From: Macrostomum lignano
Lineage: Eukaryota
DNA length: 64,000 bases
Assembly (NCBI GenBank): GCA_002269645.1
Contig: NIVC01001561.1
Span: forward strand, 186,001 to 250,000
Reading direction: 5' to 3'
A model generated the notes under the pieces. The model saw nothing but the letters and a program-made list of their open reading frames with translations. It had not been told where the DNA came from and did no database searches. Both the position numbers and the translations under genes were made by a program. Shown here in pieces: positions 27,908-40,005 of the stretch (its first letter is position 1; every line of letters starts with the position of its first letter).

Positions 27908-29689
27908 AGAGGAATAGATAAAATATTAGAGATAAGATAGATAAGAGAAGAAAGTAGTGAAGAGAAAGAAGAGGCTAAAGATAAGAGTGCAGAGAGGAGA
28001 GATGAGAGATGCGATGAAAAAGAAGATGAGTGAGAAAATAAGAGAGATAAAAAATTAGAGATTAGAGACAAAAAGGGAGAAGATAAGAGAAGAAAGGAGA
28101 GGAGGGAAGAGAGAATGGAGAGGAGAGAAAAGAAAGAAGAGGGAGACAGGAGATGATACAAAAGGAGAGAAGAAAGATATGAGATAAGAAAGGAGAGGGT
28201 GAGAGCATATAGGTGATATGAGAAATAAGAGCAGAGAAAAGAGAGAAAAAGAAGAGATAGAGGGTAGAGGAAAGATGATAGATAAAAGAGTAAAGAGATA
28301 AGAGAGTAGATGAGAGATAAGAGAGGAGAGAAGAGGGGAGAGAGGAGACAAGAGAAAGTAGACACAAAAGACGAAAGAGAAGAGATAAATAAGGGAGTAG
28401 AGAGGAGAGAGAAGTAAGAGAAGGGAGAAATGAGAGAGTAGAGTGATGAAAGATCAGAGATAAGAGAGATGAAAGAGTGGAGAGGAGAAATTAGTGAGAA
28501 GAAATTAGTGAAGAGAAAGAAAATGATAAAAATGAGAGTGCAGATGCAGGTATTTGAAAGGCTTTACAGAGGATTTGGACGATGGGATTCAAATCATAGA
28601 ATTTCAGCTGATAGATTCCAGGGAATGGAATTCCATTGATAGGAGTTCTTCCCCTTTCTCCTCCAAAGGAGGAGTTCCACTCGTAGAGATATATGTATAT
28701 GCATGTGCTTACACTTAATTTTGAGCACTCCTGCAACGCTTTTACTGCAGCTTAACTTTATAAACAAGGGCAAACTCTACTAGAGAGTGGATGAATACAC
28801 CCTTGCTTTTGGTCTAAGTTGTCATATTTAAATGTTTAAGTCTTCCAGATTTGTTCAAGTTTTCATCATCATATGACAATTTTGAATATGACAATTTTGG
28901 CTGCACCTTTATAAACAGCATTATATAGTATAGTAATAGGTCACATAGTGTAAGAAGCCAGAGGAACTTGCCAGGGTAAAAATTAAAAAAAGGTCATCAC
29001 CAATGCAATTTGTAAACTTTATTAATAAACTTAAACTTTAACTATAATAATACTAATAGGCCTACTTTTATTGAGGCCTACTAAAGGCTAAAAGCTATAT
29101 TTTTACTTTGATCATTTGATTAGAAATTTTCTTATAACTATAAAAAAGTGTTATAGCTGGACCTAAAAATTGTCTAATGCTAAAAGGATTAAATATTAAA
29201 AAAACATGCTTTTTTGCAAAGGTCAAATAGACCTTTTGACTTGAAATGTATTATAAGAGATAAAAATATATTATAAATATTTTTGGTTTTTATATTTTTA
29301 AAAATATATTATAAAAAACAAACTAGTCAAATTTTGATTCTGAAATAGGTACATCACACATCACTGGGCTTTTTATTTATTGTCTATATGCTAGCTGAAT
29401 TTTGATATTAAATTGAATTGCCTCTGTTTTAAAAATGCAATATGGAAGCATAGCACAAAACTTTAGATTGCATAACCATATTACCAATTTTAATTAAGAC
29501 TAGTACTGAATTGCATGAGAAATTGATTGTTATAACTGGTATAGTGGTATAGGTATTGAATCATAAGTGCTACAAATTCATGTTAAAAATCCAATAAGAG
29601 TTTACCTAGATGTAAACAGACTAAACTGCTAATGCAGCAACTTGGGATCAAATCTTGATATTATAAAATATTTTTAAAAAAGCTTTTTT

Positions 29690-30010
29690 AAGGATTATTC
29701 CACTTGATATAAAGAGGATTATTGCATTAGTTAAGACAGATTATTGCACTTGTTGAGTAAGGGATTCTTGTACTAGATGATAAAATGATTATTGCATTTG
29801 ATGAGTAAATGATTATTGCACTAGTTGAGACATTGAATAGTGCATTAGATTAGAAAAAATTATTGCTAATCCTAATCCTGCAATAATCCTTTACGATTGA
29901 AAAGAAAAGGATTGTTGCACTAGATAAGAATAGGATTATTGTACTTAATGAGTAAAGGATTATTGCATTTGATGAGGAAATTATGAAGTATTGCACATTA
30001 CTTACAAAAA
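29690..30010. repeat. Degenerate about 24-bp array (GATTATTGCAC/T core) upstream of cyclin C
   Basis: Recurrent GATTATTGCA motifs. Confidence 0.7.
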
Positions 30011-30212
30011 TCAATTAGTTGCACTTGCACAATAAATATAAAAAAATTATCATTGTAAAGTAGTGGCCTATTATAGTTCAGAGTGCCTTGTTTTGTGCTT
30101 GGCAAATATTGATTAAGGGCTATAGCATCTCTGAATTTACACTGTCATGTGTCATGCCAAAAAGCATTGCTTTTTAAAACCTATTATTTTTAACCTTACT
30201 GCTGCAGTGAGC

Positions 30213-30740
30213 ATGGCTGGCAATTTCTGGCAGAGCTCGCACTATCAGGAATGGCTGCTAGACAAACAGTATGTGGACTTGTACAGAGCGGAGGATCTGA
30301 AATTCCTAACGGAGGAAGAGTATCAAAAGCTGATGGTGTTCTTTGCTAATTTTATTCAGGCAATTGGCGAGAAACTTGTTGTCAGGCAGCAGGTCATTGC
30401 TACGGCTACTATTTATTCTAAGCGTTTCTATGCTCGCTACTCGCTACGCTGCGTTGATCCTTGGCTGCTGTGCCCCACTGCCTTGTTCTTGGCCTCCAAG
30501 GTTGAGGAGTTCGGCGTGCTGTCTAGCAAAGGCCTAATCGCAATGTGCCAGTCTATAGTAAAGTCCAAGCATCATCACTTGCTGCCCGATCAGGAGTTTC
30601 CCTACACTGTCACTAATATTCAGGAGTGCGAATTTCTCCTGCTGGAGGTGCTTGACTGCTCTCTAGTTGTGTATCATCCGTACAGATCTCTGGCACTGTT
30701 TATTGAGGATCTGCAGACTCAGGATTCCTCGTTTAGTCAG
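30213..30740 (+). CDS. CCNC: Cyclin C, exon 1
   Basis: MAGNFWQSSHYQEWLLDK...RQQVIATATIYSKRFYARYSL...LASKVEEFG...VYHPYR matches cyclin C; phase-0 donor GTGCAA at 30741 (weak). Confidence 0.95.
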
Positions 30741-30789
30741 GTGCAATTGTTTGTTTAGTGTTGTTTGTATAAGGTTGGGCCGCCAGTCC

Positions 30790-31995
30790 AGATCGGCAAA
30801 TCCTCAGTTGCTGGGTCAGCCTCCCAGATCCTCAGTTGCTGGGTCAGCCTCCCAGATCATCAGTTGCTGGGCCAGCCTCCCAGATCCTCAGTTGCTGGGT
30901 CAGCCTCCCAGATTCTCAGATGCTGGGTCAGCCTCCCAGATCCTCAGTTGCTGGGTCAGCCTCCCAGATCCTCAGTTGCTGGGTCAGCCTCCCAGATCCT
31001 CAGTTGCTGGGTCAGCCTCCCAGATCCTCAGTTGCTGGGTCAGCCTCCAAGATCCTCAGTTGCTGGGCCAGCCTCCCAGATCCTCAGTTGCTGGGCCAGC
31101 CTCCCAGATCCTCAGTTGCTGGGTCAGCCTCCCAGATCCTCAGTTGCTGGGTCAGCCTCCCAGATCCTCAGTTGCTGGGTCAGCCTCCCAGATCCTCAGT
31201 TGCTGGGTCAGCCTCCCAGATCCTCAGTTGCTGGGTCAGCCTCCCAGATCCTCAGTTGCTGGGTCAGCCTCCCAGATCCTCAGTTGCTGGGCTACAGCAT
31301 CCCAGATCCTCAGTTGCTGGGCCAGCCTCCCAGATCCTTAGTTGCTGGGCCAACCTCCCAGATCCTCAGTTGCTGGGCCAGCCTCCCAGATCTTTAGTTG
31401 CTGGGCCAGCCTCCCAGATCCTCAGTTGCTGGGCCAGCCTCCCAGATCCTCAGTTGCTGGGTCAGCCTCCCAGATTCTCAGATGCTGGGTCAGCCTCCCA
31501 GATCCTCAGTTGCTGGGTCAGCCTCCCAGATCCTCAGTTGCTGGGTCAGCCTCCCAGATCCTCAGTTGCTGGGTCAGCCTCCAAGATCCTCAGTTGCTGG
31601 GCCAGCCTCCAAGATCCTCAGTTGCTGGGCCAGCCTCCCAGATCCTCAGTTGCTGGGCCAGCCTCCCAGATCCTCAGTTGCTGGGTCAGCCTCCCAGATC
31701 CTCAGTTGCTGGGTCAGCCTCCCAGATCCTCAGTTGCTAGGTCAGCCTCCCAGATCCTCAGTTGCTGGGTCAGCCTCCCAGATCCTCAGTTGCTGGGTCA
31801 GCCTCCCAGATCCTCAGTTGCTGGGTCAGCCTCCCAGATCCTCAGTTGCTGGGTCAGCCTCCCAGATCCTCAGTTGCTGGGCTACAGCATCCCAGATCCT
31901 CAGTTGCTGGGCCAGCCTCCCAGATCCTTAGTTGCTGGGCCAACCTCCCAGATCCTCAGTTGCTGGGCCAGCCTCCTAGATCCGCAGTTGCTGGG
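30790..31995. repeat. 28-bp minisatellite CCCAGATCCTCAGTTGCTGGGTCAGCCT filling the cyclin C intron, about 42 copies
   Basis: Tandem copies; explains the ORFs at 30667-32071. Confidence 0.97.
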
Positions 31996-32095
31996 GGACT
32001 ACTCACACAAGTTCTCCATACCGGCATCCCAGAGTCGCAGAGCCCAGCCATACTGCTCATGCATTAACTAAATTGGCATCCCCACTCCGTGATAG

Positions 32096-32410
32096 GAGGT
32101 GTTCCCCGTGGCCTGGAAGGTGATCAACGACAGTCTGCGTACAGACGCCTGTCTGCACTACCCGCCCTACCTCATCGCCCTGGCGGGAATCCACATCGCC
32201 TGCCTGGTCTGCGGCAAAGACGCACAGGCCTGGTTCGCGGAACTGTCTGTCGATCTGGACAAGGTGCTGGAGATTGTCCGCCTGCTTCTGAACCTGTACG
32301 AGCTGTTGAAGGGCTTCGACGAGCGGAACCAGATGCCGGCTATCATGGAAAAGATGCCCAGGCCGAAGCAGGATCTGACTGTACCTGATAACGGCGACGG
32401 TCAGGCCTGA
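32096..32410 (+). CDS. CCNC: Cyclin C, exon 2
   Basis: gatag acceptor (alternative AG 3 nt downstream); EVFPVAWKVINDSLRTDACLHYPPYLIALA...WFAELSVDLDKVLEI...KMPRPK; stop TGA. Confidence 0.93.
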   Translation, partial: EVFPVAWKVINDSLRTDACLHYPPYLIALAGIHIACLVCGKDAQAWFAELSVDLDKVLEIVRLLLNLYELLKGFDERNQMPAIMEKMPRPKQDLTVPDNGDGQA

Positions 32411-32559
32411 TGTCAGCTGGCGTTGTGCGGCTCATATTGCTTTCAATTACCTGCCTATTGTTCTTATTGTTGCTGAATACTTTTGATGTTATACGTTATA
32501 AACCCGCATGCAATTTGTTTAGATTTCTCTGTTTATTAGTGTTGATGTCAGCTTTATCA

Positions 32560-33290
32560 GCTCCCTCCCCTATCTCAGCTTCATTATCTTCCCTTCCCCA
32601 TCTCAGCTTCATTATCTTCCCTTCCCCATCTCAGCTTCATCACCTCCCTCCCCTATCTCAGCTTCATTATCTTCCCTTCTCCATCTCAGCTTTATTATCT
32701 TCCCTTCCCCATCTCAGCTTCATCAGCTCCCTCCCCTATCTCAGCTTCATTATCTTCCCTTCCCCATCTCAGCTTCATTATCTTCCCTTCCCCATCTCAG
32801 CTTCATTATCTTCCCTTCCCCATCTCAGCTTCATCACCTCCCTCCCCTATATAAGCTTCATCAGCTCCCTCCCCTATCTCAGCTTCATTATCTTCCCTTC
32901 CCCATCTCAGCTTCATTATCTTCCCTTCCCCATCTCAGCTTCATTATCTTCCCTTCCCCATCTCAGCTTCATTATCTTCCCTTCCCCATCTCAGCTTCAT
33001 TATCTTCCCTTCCCCATCTCAGCTTCATTATCTTCCCTTCCCCATCTCAGCTTCATCACCTCCCTCCCCTATATAAGCTTCATCAGCTCCCTCCCCTATC
33101 TCAGCTTCATTATCTTCCCTTCCCCATCTCAGCTTCATTATCTTCCCTTCCCCATCTCAGCTTCATTATCTTCCCTTCCCCATCTCAGCTTTATCAGCTC
33201 CCTCCCCTATCTCAGCTTCATCATCTACCTTAGATTCCCAGCCCCATCATCTCCATTATCTCACCTCATCATCTCCCTCCCCTATCTCAG
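32560..33290. repeat. 28-bp pyrimidine-rich array CTTCCCTTCCCCATCTCAGCTTCATTAT downstream of the cyclin C stop
   Basis: Tandem copies; candidate AATAAA at 33585. Confidence 0.93.
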
Positions 33291-34009
33291 CCTCCTCTTC
33301 CTGCTGCATGGTATTTGTCGTTCATGGCGGTTTTAATTTTGGTTTTATTTTTGTGTCTAAGCAGATAAATTATGCTTATTGACATCCGCAGTTTCTTTTC
33401 TCCCTCCCTTCAGCGTCTTTCCAAAAATTTATGTTTGCAAGAAAGACTATTGATAATCTAAATTTTATTGTGCTATGATTAGGGAAAATTCGCATCCTGC
33501 TTGTACATATCGTTGTTAATCGATTCGCGTTCTTCATTTTTCTATTATTAAAGCGTGCCATTATGTTTATACGGTAATTTGTTCAATAAATTGCATGCCA
33601 ACTGCGTGTAAATATGTCTATGTTAGCTTGTAATATTATTGGTTTTTATTCTCTTATTAATTTATTAATTAAAATATACTCATACGTTGGCACTGTCTGT
33701 GAACGCTTCTAGGCACAAAAAATATTGTCATTAATTGGACTTGCTATGCTATTCATTATTTACTTGGCTGTAAATTAACAATCGCCCCATATCGTGAGCA
33801 CATACTGTAAGCAGACACGCATTCATACTTGCGCTCACACGGGGTGTACAGCGGCCCTGACTTTCTAACCGTCAGGCAGTGTACAATCTCTGTGCCTTGA
33901 GGGTTGGCCCTCATGGGTGCGAATTTTTGTGTACAGGCCCCAAATGAATGCGGCCGCGTGCGGAATTGAACCCCAGGAGTCGCATGCCTTTTATTCTTGA
34001 GCTGCTCCG

Positions 34010-34682
34010 CCTCCCTCCCAGATCCTCAGTTGCTTGGCCACCCTCTCAGATCCTCAGTTTTTGGTCCAGGTCCAGTCTCCCAGATCCTCAGCTGCTGGGC
34101 GGGGCCACCTTCCCAGTTCCTCAGTTGCTGGGCCAGCCTCCCAGATCCTCAGTTGCTGGGCGGGGCCACCCTTCCCAGTTCCTCAGTTGCTGGGCCAGCC
34201 TCCCAGATCCTCAGTTGCTTGGCCAGCCTCCCAGATCCTCAGTTGCTGGGCTACCCTCTCAGATCCTCAGTTTCTGGTCCAGGTCCAGTCTCCCAGATCC
34301 TCAGTTGCTTGGCGGGGCCACCTTCCCAGTTCCTCAGTTGCTGGGCCAGTCTCCCAGATCATCAGTTGCTGGGCCACCCTTCCCAGATTCTCAGTTGCTG
34401 GGCCACCCTTCCCAGATCCTCAGTTGCTGGGCCAGCCTCACAGATCCCCAGTTGTTGAGCCAGCCTCACAGACCCTCAGTTTCTGGGCCAGCCTCCCAGA
34501 TCCTCAGTTTTTTTGGTTACCCTTAACAGATCCTCAGTCGCTGGGCCAGCTTCCCAGATCCTCAGTTGCTGGGCCACCCTTCCCAGATCCTCAGTTGCTT
34601 GGCGGGGCCACCTTCCCAGTTCCTCAATTGCTGGGCCACCCTTCCCAGATCCTCAATTACTGGGCCAGCCTCCCAGATCCTA
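34010..34682. repeat. Second, more diverged array of the CCCAGATCCTCAGTTGCTGGG family
   Basis: Same core as 30790-31995 with GCGGGGCCACCTT-type insertions. Confidence 0.93.
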
Positions 34683-35884
34683 ATTGATGTCGCCAAGCCT
34701 AAATTGTTCGATTTTAATTTGACACCAAGGTTTAGAACCCAGCATGCCAAAAGACACTAGGGTTTAGATGAATAAACTAGAGTTATTTATGTGCAAAAAC
34801 AGAAACCCTAAGCATGAAGAAATGACGCAGTACATGTATATACTGGCATATTACAGTGGGTTTATGCTACTTCAAGTAGGTTATTCAGTAATGACTGAGA
34901 AAATTTAATATTGCAGGAAATATTTATTTACTATTAATATTACCTTAACTCGTGATCAAGTGCGAGCGTACATTATATGTACCAGTACCATCACTGCTAC
35001 GTTCGTAGTTCTCGTTAACGGATGCACATAGTGGGCTGTCTTACTTTAATAATTCATTGATTTAACAGTTGTCAATCAAAAGATGCCGGTCACAATCTAA
35101 GAATAATCGAGCTAGAGAAGGGTTGAGGCCCTGCATTGATAAAGGCAATGCCTTTGTTGATTCGCACTGATTTCTAGTGCCAGCGCGTGGGAGCCTACTC
35201 AGCTGCCTATATACGAGCCAAACTGGAATTATTGGCGAACGAATACATGTAGCAATGAGAGCCGGCTTTTAGTGCCGTAGTTGACAAAGGAGACTTAATG
35301 AGCCATGTGGGTGGGTCACTTAGGCGCTGCATTGAATGTACTTTTGAGCCGCGCAGGAAGCCTTCATTATATTTGAATTGTGCAGTGTACTGTGCATTGA
35401 ACTCAAAAAGACTGATATATAGTCTTTAGGTGTAGTCGTCATCATACACGTACGTATTACGCCAGAAATATGGTTACGAGATTAAAACATAAGTAAGTAG
35501 ATGTATCAAATCAATAAAGCCTGCGTATTAAACAGCTTAGCTCGAATAATTTGATTTTAAATTGGCCATAATTAAATGCTTATGCAGTTAATAATAACTC
35601 GGTGTACTTTTTAGGTCAGCAGCAGTGACGCATCTGCCCGGCCGCCACTAGGAAAGATTTTCCCTTGAGGCTGTTAAACTTTTTCTACTTCCTTCTTTCA
35701 ATCAAATTTCCCCGCTTCCAGTCACAGTCAAACTACGAGACCCGGAAAAAGGTTTTTTTACATTCAGCCACTGAGCAGTCAGCATGCAGCTGCATGGGCT
35801 CCTCGCTTTCTGCAAATACGGGAAGAAATCGTTTTCCGCAACTACGGACGTCTTTTTTAATAATACTAATACGCTCGTGTGTCT

Positions 35885-37165
35885 CAGTGTCTTGATGTGT
35901 GTCAATCTTCACTCAGATGTGTCTCAATCTTCACTCAGATGTGTCTCAATCTTCACTCAAATGTGTCTCAATCTTCACTCAGATGTGTCTCAATCTTCAC
36001 TCAGATGTGTGTCAATCTTCACTCAGATGTGTTTCAATCTTCACTCAAATGTGTCTCAATCTTCACTCAGATGTGTCTCAATCTTCACTCAGATGTGTCT
36101 CAATCTTCACTCAGATGTGTGTTAATCTTCAATCAGATGTGTCTCAATCTTCACTCAGATGTGTCTCAATCTTCAATCAGATGTGTCTCAATCTTCACTC
36201 AAATGTGTCTCAATCTTCACTCAGATGTGTGTCAATCTTCACTCAGATGTGTCTCAATCTTCAATCAGATGTGTCTCAATCTTCAATCAGATGTGTCTCA
36301 ATCTTCACTCAGATGTGTCCCAATCTTCAATCAGATGTGTCTCAATCTTCACTCAGATGTGTCTCAATCTTCAATCAGATGTGTCTCAATCTTCACTCAG
36401 ATGTGTCTCAATCTTCACTCAGATGTGTGTCAATCTTCACTCAGATGTGTCTCAATCTTCAATCAGATGTGTCCCAATCTTCAATCAGATGTGTCTCAAT
36501 CTTCACTCAGATGTGTCCCAATCTTCAATCAGATGTGTCTCAATCTTCACTCAGATGTGTCTCAATCTTCAATCAGATGTGTCTCAATCTTCACTCAGAT
36601 GTGTCTCAATCTTCACTCAGATGTGTCTCAATCTTCAATCAGATGTGTCTCAATCTTCACTCAGATGTGTCTCAATCTTCAATCAGATGTGTCTCAATCT
36701 TCACTCAGATGTGTCCCAATCTTCAATCAGATGTGTCTCAATCTTCACTCAGATGTGTCTCAATCTTCACTCAGATGTGTCTCAATCTTCAATCAGATGT
36801 GTCTCAATCTTCACTCAGATGTTTCTCAATCTTCAATCAGATGTGTCTCAATCTTCACTCAGATGTGTCTCAATCTTCAATCAGATGTGTCTCAATCTTC
36901 AATCAGATGTGTCTCAATCTTCCTATGTGTCTCAATCTTCACTCAGATGTGTCTCAATCTTCACTCAGATGTGTCTCAATCTTCACTCAGATGTGTGTCA
37001 ATCTTCACTCAGATGTGTCTCAATCTTCACTCAGATGTGTCTCAATCTTCACTCAAATGTGTCTCAATCTTCAGTCAGATGTGTCTCAATCTTCACTCAG
37101 ATGTGTCTCAATATTCACTCAGATGTGTCTCAATCTTTAGTCAGATGTGTCTCAATCTATAGATA
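35885..37165. repeat. 22-bp minisatellite AATCTTCACTCAGATGTGTCTC, about 58 copies
   Basis: Tandem copies. Confidence 0.97.
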
Positions 37166-37974
37166 ATCTATAGTCAGATAATCTATCTATTAAATGTCTC
37201 AATAGTCTTGAAAGAATTAAATTTAAAAGAATTTTTATTTATTTAACTCTATTGAAGTCAGGTCTTTGTATGAAGTGAAAAATGGTTTATATTAATTTCT
37301 ATTCAGAATTTTGTATGTAAAATATACACACCGGTTCTTCACAGTGAAAGATAAGCGCATATTATTAATTGTCTAAATATATTCCATTGGCAAGGTGTGC
37401 TGTGTCTGCATCATCGTGAAAGATCCCAGGCCTCCTAGCTTCAGCTAGCCAATGTCGAACCAGGTAAAAATTTGGCTCATTTTCCCCTTCTCTGGGATTC
37501 CGTTGTCGCCACCGCACTGCACTTTCATTCCCGAACCCCCTGACAGTCCTCAATCTTCGCTGCATCGCCCCCCGCCATCGGGAAGCAGGGAGAGGGCGCG
37601 GCGCAGCCGAGCGGAGCCTTCGAGTCATGTTGAATTAATTTTCCCTCCCCACTGCTGCTTCTGGGGAGCTGGGGGAGCTCAGACTCGATTGGGAACTGGC
37701 CAGCATCTCCGGTGCGACATCCCCAAACTGCCTTCATCACCGCGGCTGCTCTGTCAACGGAAGCGCGACTTGCTGGAACAGCTGACGGTCTTCTTGCCTG
37801 CATCTGCATTTCTTCCAGGCAAACTACTAAATTGGATTGGTTCGCCCGATCTGAGCTGGCTGATGAGGAATAAAGCCATTTTAAAAGTTCTCACCAAGAG
37901 AGTTAGGGATGTGAGCTTTTTACATGAATGAAAATATTACTAACCGATTAGAATATAAAGTCGTTATGATTTGA

Positions 37975-38645
37975 GGATCTGTGGAGAATTTAAACATCTG
38001 TGGGATATAAGGATCTGTGGGATTTGAGGATCTGTGGGATATGAGAATCTGTGGATATAAGGATCTGTGGGATTTGAGGATCTGTGGGATATAAGGATCT
38101 GTGGGATATGAGGATCTGTGGGATTTGAGGATCTGTGGGATTTGAGGATCTGTGGGATTTGAGGATCTGTGGTATTTGAGGATCTGTGGTATTTGAGGAT
38201 CTGTGGGATTTGAGGATCTGTGGGATTTGAGGATCTGTGGGATATGAGGATCTGTGGTATTTGAGGATCTGTGGGATTTGAGGATCTGTGGTATTTGAGG
38301 ATCTGTGGTATTTGAGGATCTGTGGGATTTGAGGATCTGTGGGATTTGAGGATCTGTGGGATTCGAGGATCTGTGGGATATAAGGATCTGTGGGATTTGA
38401 GGATGTGTGGGATATGAAGATCTGTGGGATATACATGTAAGGATCTGTGGGTTATAAGGATCTGTCATCTATGGGATGTAAGGATCTGTGGGTTATAAGG
38501 ATCTGTCATCTGTGGGATATAAGGATTTTTCATCTGTGGGACAAAAGGATCTGTTGGATATGAGGATCTGTGGGTTATAAGGATCTGTGGGATATAAGGA
38601 TCTGTGGGATATAAGGATCTGTGGGATTTGAGGATCTGTGGGATT
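37975..38645. repeat. 17-bp minisatellite GAGGATCTGTGGGATTT
   Basis: Tandem copies. Confidence 0.95.
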
Positions 38646-39877
38646 CTAATATCCTGGGGACTCAGTGATTTTCCGGGATTCAAGAATCCTAGAATTTATA
38701 GGATGTTAGAACACGAAGAAGCTTTGTGCATCCGCGATTATCGGGATTGCAGAATCCGTTTATAAACTACTGGGATCATCAGCAATGTAGCGGAGCTTCA
38801 AAAGCTTGACAGTGTGGTACAGCCAGCTGCTCAGTTTGATCCTACACGTGCGCCACATCCCCTCTAACCACTTTATTCCCCACGGGTGGTATTTGTGTTC
38901 GAAGAAAATCGAAAAATGTTTTTTTCTTCTTGTGGTCGGGCTGCATTAGGAGCTATAATTCCACCCTGGGTACCCGGGGCACTACTCCAGCAATAGTATA
39001 ATCTATCTCTACACCCCAATCGCAGCGGCCTACGGGTTATACGCTACTGGAGTTACAGATCGTCTGTCCAAGTAAAGCCCCCTTCTTCCTCTTGCTCCAC
39101 CCTCTGCCCCCACCCCCCTATCCCCGTACCTCATTCTCATTCGCCTCTGCAGCCCCAGCAGTAGTCTGCGATTCAAACTCGATTCCCCTGCGACTGGCTG
39201 GCTGGTTGCTGGTTGGTCTTGCCCGGCCTTGGCTTCACTTGGTCCACAGAGAGAGAGAGAGAGAGAGAGAGAAGGGAGTGGAGGAGGTTGCCGGGAAATC
39301 GACTTTTTATACATAAAATAAGCGACCGGTCGAGGGAAGACATGATAGCCAGAAATTAACGCCTGGGACCTTCTCAGATAATAGATCTCTGCCAAGCCTT
39401 CCCCCCTCTCTCCCCACCAAGTTCTCTTCCGCTCCAACCTTTTTATTGGAATATTGCAACTGAGCAATGCTCTAGTATCAGTTGGCAGAGGTTCTGTAGA
39501 CTAGCAAAAGCCCTACTGCACTAAGTTAGTTGAAAATTACCCAATGACTTCTAAACAGACGATTGCTGAAGAGTCTATGGGGGAGAGCCCTGCAGACACA
39601 GGTAAGCGGCTTAGTGCCTGTTCAAATAGCTCAGCTGTATTTATGCTTCGAGCAACGGCACAGCAATCTGTTTAAGCGAGGCTACAGGGAGAGCGAAAGT
39701 CCGTGCTATCGCATTACGGAAGAAGCCTAATATCAACCAATCGATTTCTGCTTTCGAGTTGATAGGATGTGATTGATTAGACTCAGACGTGGAGTAGTGA
39801 GCAGTATTGGCATAATAAGAGCGGAGTTGACTAAATCCTTGACCTTATTTGAACCACTATGCAGACTCGCTAACCAG

Positions 39878-40005
39878 CGCCATGGAGCATCAGTTGCACA
39901 TCAGCTCGCACAATGTCCACGTGCATTCTTATCGGTCGCCGCATTTTTGCGACTTCTGCGGCGTAATGCTGTTCGGCTTAGTCAAGCAGGGCCTCAAATG
40001 CGACG
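39878..40005 (+). CDS. PRKD: Protein kinase D, first recognisable exon (N-half of C1a); 5' boundary uncertain
   Basis: [32 protein letters not shown], donor G|GTGAGA at 40006. Possible acceptors end at 39864 or 39877; ATG at 39882. Confidence 0.85.

Noticed and set aside
25172-28367. Twin 102-aa ORFs and Leu/Ser-rich ORFs
   Set aside because: Low-complexity products of the duplicated degenerate repeat and the GA-rich tract.
30667-32071. Long PDPQLLGQPPRSS ORFs
   Set aside because: 28-bp array inside the cyclin C intron.
33945-34015. Minus-strand GGTTCAATTCC with a partial T-arm
   Set aside because: No anticodon arm or acceptor stem can be built; at most a SINE relic.
35879-37166. 400-aa ORFs in all three plus frames
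   Set aside because: A stop-free 22-bp monomer cycles through frames; not coding.
37365-37931. GC-rich ORFs as a candidate PKD N-terminal exon or separate gene
   Set aside because: No recognisable homology in six frames and no consistent splice path.
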